From Ignavibacteriales bacterium (lineage in GTDB: Bacteria > Bacteroidota > Ignavibacteria > T3Sed10-11): a stretch of DNA of 64,000 nt. Shown here one piece after another: positions 58,230 through 64,000 of this stretch. A program made the position numbers and the translations under genes. How positions within the stretch are numbered: the stretch's first letter is position 1; every line of letters begins with the position of its first letter. The stretch is taken from contig PWTU01000356.1 in assembly GCA_003562775.1 (NCBI GenBank), positions 29,505-93,504 on the forward strand, read 5' to 3'. The notes beneath the pieces were generated by a model. The model worked only from the letters and a program-made list of their open reading frames with translations. It did not search any database and was not told where the DNA came from.

Positions 58230-59813
58230 CTAATGTAAAAGCATCATCTTTCTGGTTTGCACATACTCTCCGGCTTCGATGCGATAAAAATACATACCGC
58301 CCGACAAATCGAATGCGTTCCATGTGGATTGAAAAAATCCGGGTGAATGTACTTCATCCACAAGAATATCAACGATTTGCCCCAGAACATTGTAAATACT
58401 CAACCGCACGTGAGACTGTACCGGTATGTCATATTGAATAGTTGTAGACGGATTAAATGGATTTGGATAGTTTGGGTACAGTACATACAGATCCGGTATC
58501 CCTCTCTCGATCGGGACCGACGTAACAATAATTTGAAATATACCGGGTTTGCAAAATTCATTCATACCCGCACTATTTTCTGCACTAACGCGCCACCAAT
58601 AGGTAGCGTCATGTAATCCCCAAACGATAAGCATTGTATCCGTCACACTGGTATCAGTTACCATTTCGGTAAACTCGTTGTCAGTGGAAACCTGAATATG
58701 ATATCGCTCTACATTCGGTTCACTTTGATTCCAAACAAATTGTACCGAATCAGTCGAAATAGCAAGAGAATCTGTAGGAGATACGAGCCGGACAATGTCA
58801 GGTACTGTGATAACGCCAACTTCCTTATACACTGCCACTCCTCCAAAATCCGTACCGATCCATTTCAATCCCTCTTCATCTACGGTAATTTCCCGAACAT
58901 TATTCCACGGCAAACCCGAACTCCAGGTATGATACACCGTCCATTCCGTCCCCTCAAAACGTGCCATTCCCCATAACGTCCCTATCCACTGCACTGAATT
59001 CCGTTCAACGGCAACTGTCCATACCTGGTTATTCGGAAGATCTGAATTTTCTTCGGTATAAATCGTCCAATCCTCACCGTCTATCCGTACCATACCCCTG
59101 TGAGTACCGATCCACTTCATGTTATCGTTGTCTATGGTGAGTGATATAACCCGGTTATTTGGTAAATCTGAATTATCCTCGGTATATACAGTCCAATTTT
59201 CTGCCCCGTCAAAAATCGCCATCCCCTCCCAATTCGTACCGATCCATAGGTTTCCTTCTTTATCCATGGCAAGAGACCTGATATCATCATCCGGCAGGTT
59301 CGAATTCGAAGATGTGTACACGGTCCAATCATCGCCGTCGAATTTAGCCAATCCTCCACCGATTCCACCGCCTCCAACCCATTTATTACCGTCATTATCG
59401 ATCACAATAGCACGGACAAGCGAAAATGGTAGCGGAGTATTCCAGTAGTCCCAAACCCTCCACTCTGTTTCATCATAACTTGCAAGTCCGTTCGAGGTTC
59501 CGATCCACTTGACATTATGTTCATCAATCGTTATTTCCCATATATTGTTATGAGGTAACGCCGAATTATCAGTATTATAAATCGTCCAATCTCCGTCATC
59601 GAACACCGCAAGTCCATTCTGGGTGGCGATCCATTTTGCGCCGCCTTCATCGATGACTATAGTTCTTATTGTATTATGCGGAATATCGGAGTTATCGGTA
59701 TCATATACTATCCATTGTTGACCTGATGCAGTAATGGAAAAAGTTACCAGAAAAAAAATGATTATGAAAATGTATCTAATATTATCGGGTGAATTCATGA
59801 GAAGCTCCTTCAT
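58230..59813 (-). CDS. Secreted beta-propeller protein (two-component-regulator-propeller-type repeats) with a T9SS C-terminal sorting domain
   Basis: About 8 repeats of the W(I/V)GT..G(L/M)..(F/Y)DG..WT.Y pattern. The C-terminal NYPNPFNPSTTIQYDIP...YFYRIEAGEYVQTRKMMLLH matches the Por/T9SS type A sorting domain. Confidence 0.8.
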   Translation of the reverse strand: MKELLMNSPDNIRYIFIIIFFLVTFSITASGQQWIVYDTDNSDIPHNTIRTIVIDEGGAKWIATQNGLAVFDDGDWTIYNTDNSALPHNNIWEITIDEHNVKWIGTSNGLASYDETEWRVWDYWNTPLPFSLVRAIVIDNDGNKWVGGGGIGGGLAKFDGDDWTVYTSSNSNLPDDDIRSLAMDKEGNLWIGTNWEGMAIFDGAENWTVYTEDNSDLPNNRVISLTIDNDNMKWIGTHRGMVRIDGEDWTIYTEENSDLPNNQVWTVAVERNSVQWIGTLWGMARFEGTEWTVYHTWSSGLPWNNVREITVDEEGLKWIGTDFGGVAVYKEVGVITVPDIVRLVSPTDSLAISTDSVQFVWNQSEPNVERYHIQVSTDNEFTEMVTDTSVTDTMLIVWGLHDATYWWRVSAENSAGMNEFCKPGIFQIIVTSVPIERGIPDLYVLYPNYPNPFNPSTTIQYDIPVQSHVRLSIYNVLGQIVDILVDEVHSPGFFQSTWNAFDLSGGMYFYRIEAGEYVQTRKMMLLH

Positions 59814-60024
59814 TACATCGGGGTGATTATTAGTGTTAGCAATAGTATTTGATATTGGAGTCTGGAAATGGTTTGTTCTCCGTATCCGGATATCGCAACT
59901 TGATATGTTAATGTAAATTACGATATTCCACCGATAAATGCCAGTTTAAAAGATATACTTGAAATATACCGAATTGCTGTGTATCTTAAACTGAGAATAC
60001 AATATTTAAATGCTTTGTTCGTAC

Positions 60025-60996
60025 ATGCCTGATCAGACACAATTTAAACTTATAGCACACAGTGAATCGATGCATGATATATTGAAGCGCATCGACACTA
60101 TTTCCGATTCCGACAGTTCCGTTCTACTAATCGGTGAGACAGGAGTGGGAAAAGAGATGGTTGCGGAGTATGTTCACCGCACCAGCAGCCGCGCGGATCA
60201 ACCATTTGTAAAAGTAGGTCTTGCTGCACTTCCCCCCGATCTGCTCGAGAGTGAATTGTTCGGTCATGAAAAAGGTGCATTCACCAGCGCTTCCAGTGAA
60301 AAGAAAGGATTATTCGAGCTTGCCAATTTCGGCAGTATTTTTCTGGATGATATCGACGATTTCCCCATAAACTTGCAATCCAAGCTGCTGCGTGTGCTGG
60401 AATCGTCGGAAATTATGCGGGTCGGCGGTATGAAGCCGATTCCCATCGATGTGCGGCTGATTACTGCTGCAAAGATCGACCTGCGGGAGATGTGCAATCG
60501 CGGGCTGTTTCGATCCGATTTATACTACCGGATCAATGTTGTTCCCATAACCATCCCGCCGCTGCGCGAGAGATCCGACGACATTCCCCAGCTTATTCAG
60601 CACTTCCTCGACCGGTTTGCCCCAAATAAACAACTTCAGGTATCCAAAAATGCCATGGAAGCCCTCATCAGGTATCCTTGGCCCGGCAATATACGGGAAT
60701 TGCGAAACATCATCCAACGCATTACTCTCTTTGCAAATTCAGAAATTACCGAGTCGGATCTTCCCGATGAAATCCAATCTGATAATCCTATAGAAACACT
60801 TCTCAAAGCGTGCCACCGGTGTTTCAATGAAGACAATATGACATTCGAACAGGTTGTGAGCTGTCTCGAGGTGAACCTCATTCGACAGGCGTTGCAGCAG
60901 GCAAACGGCAACCGATCTCAAGCTGCACGTCAGTTAAAAATGTCGCTCTCAACTTTCCGGGATAAGCTTAAAAAATATAATCTCGAGTCAGAGTAA
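60025..60996 (+). CDS. sigma-54-dependent transcriptional activator (bEBP) lacking any N-terminal sensory domain
   Basis: The AAA+ core begins within 10 residues of the start. Walker A GETGVGKE, sigma-54 contact loop GAFTSA (canonical GAFTGA), Walker B FLDDIDD, R-finger region, and C-terminal Fis-type HTH NRSQAARQLKMSLSTFRDKLKKY. Confidence 0.9.
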   Translation: MPDQTQFKLIAHSESMHDILKRIDTISDSDSSVLLIGETGVGKEMVAEYVHRTSSRADQPFVKVGLAALPPDLLESELFGHEKGAFTSASSEKKGLFELANFGSIFLDDIDDFPINLQSKLLRVLESSEIMRVGGMKPIPIDVRLITAAKIDLREMCNRGLFRSDLYYRINVVPITIPPLRERSDDIPQLIQHFLDRFAPNKQLQVSKNAMEALIRYPWPGNIRELRNIIQRITLFANSEITESDLPDEIQSDNPIETLLKACHRCFNEDNMTFEQVVSCLEVNLIRQALQQANGNRSQAARQLKMSLSTFRDKLKKYNLESE

Positions 60997-61014
60997 CGTC
61001 AGCCACAGAAAGTA

Positions 61015-61049
61015 ACGGTATACCGCAATCATACTTACGGATATCCGCA
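61015..61049. promoter_or_regulatory. Two perfect 10-bp palindromes, a candidate upstream activator sequence
   Basis: CGGTATACCG (61016..61025) and CGGATATCCG (61038..61047). Each sits inside ACGGnAnnCCGCA. Their centres are 22 bp apart, about 55 to 85 bp upstream of the -24 element at 61100. Confidence 0.45.
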
Positions 61050-61099
61050 TAATCTTACCATACAATCGTCTAAATTTTCATTTAGAAGAAAGAAAAATA

Positions 61100-61115
61100 T
61101 GGCCTGATATTTGTT
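61100..61115 (+). promoter_or_regulatory. Candidate sigma-54 (-24/-12) promoter
   Basis: TGGCCTG-ATAT-TTGTT with consensus GG/TTG spacing and -12 GT instead of GC. It lies immediately downstream of a bEBP gene and its palindromes. The predicted start site is about 61126, 2 nt before ATG 61128. Confidence 0.5.
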
Positions 61116-61127
61116 TTAGTAATTCAT

Positions 61128-61379
61128 ATGGAAAAGAATGCAGACAACGGAAATATAAGTCTTACCGGTGAAGTTGTACAAACAATCGAAAAAGATAAAA
61201 AACATTATATCAAAATAAACCGGGCAACGTGTTGTATCGAACTTTCGCAAACTGTCTCACCCGATATACATCTGGGCGATACCATCGTTATTGAAGGAGA
61301 CATCCGTATTACAACTCTTGAACCCGGATTTAGCCGTAACAAATTCGGTCCGGTAAACAATGATATTTGTGAAGATTAA
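61128..61379 (+). CDS. hypothetical 83-aa protein
   Basis: ORF with no Shine-Dalgarno site. It sits directly at the predicted sigma-54 transcription start. Beta-rich sequence (LTGEVVQTIEKDKKHYIKI...GDTIVIEGDIRI). No family recognised. Its coding status is unproven. Confidence 0.45.
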   Translation: MEKNADNGNISLTGEVVQTIEKDKKHYIKINRATCCIELSQTVSPDIHLGDTIVIEGDIRITTLEPGFSRNKFGPVNNDICED

Positions 61380-61394
61380 TTCAATAAATTGATA

Positions 61395-61772
61395 ATGCGC
61401 CCCATATTTCTCATTACGATAATTTGTTTATTTGCGGGTGGGTGTGAAAGAGACGAGCCTGAGAACGTAAGTTTCGAAAAAGATATAACACCGATATTGA
61501 GAAGGAGTTGTATACCCTGCCATAATCAGGTACGTCCGCAAGGAAATATCGACCTCTCATCGTACGATGCGTTGATGGAGTCGCGTTATTTCACAAGACG
61601 TGAACCGATTGCCTTACCCGGTAACTATCATGACAGCCGGCTCTATATTGTTGTCTCCACCAAGCAGGACCGATTGCGTATGCCTCCTCCACATTCCGAA
61701 TTCAGACGGGTCTCCAATCGCGAGGCAGAGAGAATTCGTGTGTGGATAGAGGAAGGTGCGAAGGATAATTAA
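61395..61772 (+). CDS. c-type cytochrome-domain lipoprotein (PSCyt1-like, single CxxCH)
   Basis: Lipobox LFAGGC. Heme motif CIPCH in the context ILRRSCIPCHN...GNIDLSSYDALM, which is typical of the planctomycete-type cytochrome c domain. Confidence 0.65.
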   Translation: MRPIFLITIICLFAGGCERDEPENVSFEKDITPILRRSCIPCHNQVRPQGNIDLSSYDALMESRYFTRREPIALPGNYHDSRLYIVVSTKQDRLRMPPPHSEFRRVSNREAERIRVWIEEGAKDN

Positions 61773-61805
61773 TTACTCACTGTTACACTAAGAGTTCGCG
61801 AGAAC

Positions 61806-61846
61806 TTGTCCGGTAAGTTGGTGCAGCATTAAAATACCGGACAAGC
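61806..61846. terminator. Long hairpin between convergent genes
   Basis: CTTGTCCGGTA-(19 nt)-TACCGGACAAG, an 11-bp perfect stem. It is preceded by a small AGTTC-GCGA-GAACT hairpin. The U-tract is weak. Confidence 0.45.
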
Positions 61847-61853
61847 TTCTTAC

Positions 61854-63026
61854 TCACTTTTCTTCCGTACTCACACTTATTACCGGGAAGTAATTAGCCA
61901 ATACTTTGTAACCAACAAACAACAACGAAATCAAAGCTGCGGTCACTACAATCTCTTCGAGTGTAGGAAAATACGTTCTTCCCGGACGCGGCTGATACGT
62001 AAACAGATAGGTGTTCAATCTGTTCAATATTACACCGGCAATCATCATAATCGATACGGTCAACAATTTTCCAATATCAAACCGCACCGATTTTTTACTT
62101 AACAAATAGATCGGAATTAATGCAAAGATTGCAAGCTCCACGATATAAACGAATCCCCACCAATCTGCAAAAAGAAGAGATAGTTTCCCGTATGCAATCA
62201 GATCGAATAGTTTCAGAATCAGGTATATGCCGAGAACATACGGAATAATTCCTGCAAGCCGGGCAAGCATATCCGTTTCGACTTTTCTGTTAAAACTCCT
62301 CGCTGCGATATATGACTCAACCGTTACAACGGCAAAGCCGACCGAAATTGCAGAAATCAAAAACATCAACGGCAGCCACGGACTCCACCATAATCCATGT
62401 ATACGATCTACTGCAGCAATCATCGTAGCACCTAAGGAAGATTGATGTAAGGCCGATACAACGACTCCCAGCAAAATAAAAAACATCAAATATTTATTCA
62501 CGAGAGGACCGAGCTTATTTGCGAGCGATCGTAAAATTGGTTTTGCGCTGTCTTTGTATTTTTCCGATACGACGGGAATAAATTCAATAATCATGACTGT
62601 CAGGTATATCTTTACACAAATCGCCACCTCGAACAGCGGTGAGTTTCCCTGCCAGTATTGCGGTAATATTGGGTTATAAATCTGCCACCATCTCCCGACG
62701 TCAATAACAATGGCAATTGCAGCGATTGCATATCCAAGGAGAGCCGTCAATAATGCGGGGCGGACAAGTGGAGAATATTCCCAACGGTTAAATATATATA
62801 CGAGCGCAGCTATAGTAAATCCTCCGGCAGCAAGTGCGACACCGGTAACCACGTCAAAGGCAATCCAGATACCCCACGGAAAACCGTCGTTGAGATTAGT
62901 CACCGCACCTAAACCGGCAAAAAACCGGTATATAACGATAGCTGCACCAATTGCAATTAAAACGACACCAAAGGTGAACCATGGTGTCCATAATCGCTGA
63001 TTCATCGGAGTAGCGTTAGTATCCAT
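61854..63026 (-). CDS. NrfD/PsrC/HybB-family integral membrane quinone-interacting subunit
   Basis: 390 aa with about 10 predicted hydrophobic helices. The N-terminal FFAGLGAVTNLNDGFPWGIWIAFDVVTGVALAAGGF is characteristic of the NrfD/HybB family. Confidence 0.85.
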   Translation of the reverse strand: MDTNATPMNQRLWTPWFTFGVVLIAIGAAIVIYRFFAGLGAVTNLNDGFPWGIWIAFDVVTGVALAAGGFTIAALVYIFNRWEYSPLVRPALLTALLGYAIAAIAIVIDVGRWWQIYNPILPQYWQGNSPLFEVAICVKIYLTVMIIEFIPVVSEKYKDSAKPILRSLANKLGPLVNKYLMFFILLGVVVSALHQSSLGATMIAAVDRIHGLWWSPWLPLMFLISAISVGFAVVTVESYIAARSFNRKVETDMLARLAGIIPYVLGIYLILKLFDLIAYGKLSLLFADWWGFVYIVELAIFALIPIYLLSKKSVRFDIGKLLTVSIMMIAGVILNRLNTYLFTYQPRPGRTYFPTLEEIVVTAALISLLFVGYKVLANYFPVISVSTEEK

Positions 63027-63029
63027 AGT

Positions 63030-63923
63030 TCATCCTTTCTTTTCATCTGCATTATCTGATTCATTTTCTTTTCGACGCGTTGCATAGGCGATCAATCCAA
63101 GCACCGCATATAATGCTACAGGCGGTATGAAATATTTAAAGACACCGTGTTGAATATCTTCCTGCAATCTGAACGGCGGTGTATCGCCGTACATTTCATA
63201 TCCGAGATCTTCGAATCGCACTTCTTTCGGTGCAAGCACCAGCACAGAAGTGCCGCCCAGCTCATATTCACCGTACACATGATCATTATATATCTCAGGA
63301 TTATTCTTTATGCGCTTGTGCGCTTCCTTGATAAGGTCGCCGCGCTTTCCGTATTTAATCGCATCGGCCGGACACGCTTCCACACATGCAGGCGGCAACC
63401 CATGCGCTAACCGCGCATCCTTACAGAAGTCGCATTTCTGAATAACCGGCAGTGCTTTGTCATACTCAAACGTGGGGGCATCCCAGGGACACGCGATCAT
63501 ACAGTAACGGCATCCGATGCATGCACCTTTATTATACGCAACGATTCCGTTATCCAGTTTCTTGAAAGCTGCAACAGGACAAACCGAAACACACGACGGA
63601 TCTCCGCAGTGCAAGCACTGTTTCTTCACAAACGTAAAGTAATCATCCTGCTTGTACATTTTGATCAGCGTAAGACTTCGACCACTTAAATCAAGCGGCA
63701 TGTCATAACGGGGATCCGTGCCGTCGCGGTCGAGTCCATGCGTTTCCTTGCATCTTGACTGACACGCACGGCATCCGATACATTTTGTACAATCGTTGAG
63801 CATCGCGAGGTCTGTATCGAGCGCTTTTCTCGGTCGCGCCGCTTTGACTTGTTGTGTCGCAAGCATACCGCCGCCAATTCCGGCAGCAGTGGTTCTGAGG
63901 AACGTTCGTCTGTTAACCGACAT
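63030..63923 (-). CDS. Tat-exported 4Fe-4S ferredoxin-type subunit (NrfC/HybA-like) with a C-terminal membrane anchor
   Basis: Twin-arginine signal NRRTFLRTTAAG. Four Cys clusters (CIGCRACQSRC, CLHCGDPSCVSVCP, CIGCRYCMIACP, CDFC...CVEACP). C-terminal TM helix. AGGAGG Shine-Dalgarno site upstream. Confidence 0.88.
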   Translation of the reverse strand: MSVNRRTFLRTTAAGIGGGMLATQQVKAARPRKALDTDLAMLNDCTKCIGCRACQSRCKETHGLDRDGTDPRYDMPLDLSGRSLTLIKMYKQDDYFTFVKKQCLHCGDPSCVSVCPVAAFKKLDNGIVAYNKGACIGCRYCMIACPWDAPTFEYDKALPVIQKCDFCKDARLAHGLPPACVEACPADAIKYGKRGDLIKEAHKRIKNNPEIYNDHVYGEYELGGTSVLVLAPKEVRFEDLGYEMYGDTPPFRLQEDIQHGVFKYFIPPVALYAVLGLIAYATRRKENESDNADEKKG

Positions 63924-63926
63924 ATA

Positions 63927-64000
63927 CTATTCCTCCTTTTCTTTTACCGTGGATTCCACCTGTTTCTTTTTCTTTTTCGACATTGCAGCAGCTCCTGCCG
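63927..64000 (-). CDS. 3' end of an unidentified upstream gene (partial, runs off the right edge)
   Basis: The minus-strand frame reads ...AGAAAMSKKKKKQVESTVKEKEE followed by TAG at 63927..63929, 3 nt before the start of the FeS-subunit gene. Its identity cannot be determined from 24 residues. Confidence 0.35.
   Translation of the reverse strand, partial: AGAAAMSKKKKKQVESTVKEKEE

Noticed and set aside
1-64000. Global stop-codon reassignment (TAA as sense) to explain the split folC and ECF genes
   Set aside because: TAA clearly terminates many well-conserved genes in the window at the expected protein ends, including thiolase at 1348, rho at 2571, pyrD at 5375 and the folC C-terminus at 4028. 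A genome-wide recoding is therefore not tenable, and only local read-through or error remains.
1-64000. CRISPR arrays, transposases, integrases, prophage or known multi-gene defence systems
   Set aside because: I saw no regularly spaced direct repeats and no ORF with transposase, integrase, reverse-transcriptase, nuclease-helicase or phage-structural signatures. The only accessory module is the mazEF pair.

Overview
This is a gene-dense chromosomal window. About 60 protein genes, one tRNA and very little non-coding DNA are visible. I saw no transposase, integrase, phage gene or CRISPR array.

Lineage guess (inference only): a member of the FCB superphylum outside classical Bacteroidia, possibly Ignavibacteria- or Chlorobi-like, with an anaerobic or facultative lifestyle. 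This rests on a T9SS C-terminal sorting domain, a GWxTD protein, a large LptD-like protein, an STN-TonB receptor/FecR/ECF trio, and clear Shine-Dalgarno sites.

Gene content is mostly housekeeping and central metabolism:
- thiolase/hbd, rho, folC, pyrK/pyrD
- a GTP cyclohydrolase I / PTPS / SDR pterin cluster
- an oxidative-stress cluster with two Bcp-type peroxiredoxins, dodecin and a Tat-signal Fe/Mn SOD
- ggt, an S9 peptidase, pdxB, a crotonase/hbd locus, thiD, pdxA, ftsE, mrp
- kbl/tdh, rsmB, rpmE, lptD-like, glucokinase, rarA, ftsB, ddl
- a PFOR / DHOD-like / DksA-like / buk / ptb operon
- an NrfC/NrfD-type redox module at the right edge

The only clearly accessory item is a mazEF-type toxin-antitoxin pair.

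Observations most worth a second look:
1. A sensor-less sigma-54 activator is followed by two perfect 10-bp palindromes, a sigma-54-type promoter, and a nearly leaderless 83-aa ORF plus a c-type cytochrome lipoprotein.
2. A second sigma-54-like promoter lies upstream of the PFOR-buk-ptb operon.
3. Two otherwise intact conserved genes (folC and the ECF sigma factor of the FecIR-TonB trio) are each interrupted by one in-frame TAA in the same TAA-AA context.
4. The PTPS is of the animal type and sits next to folE and two SDRs, which suggests tetrahydrobiopterin-like pterin synthesis.
5. A truncated ada/ogt remnant abuts a DinB-family gene.

I found no convincing novel defence or mobile system.
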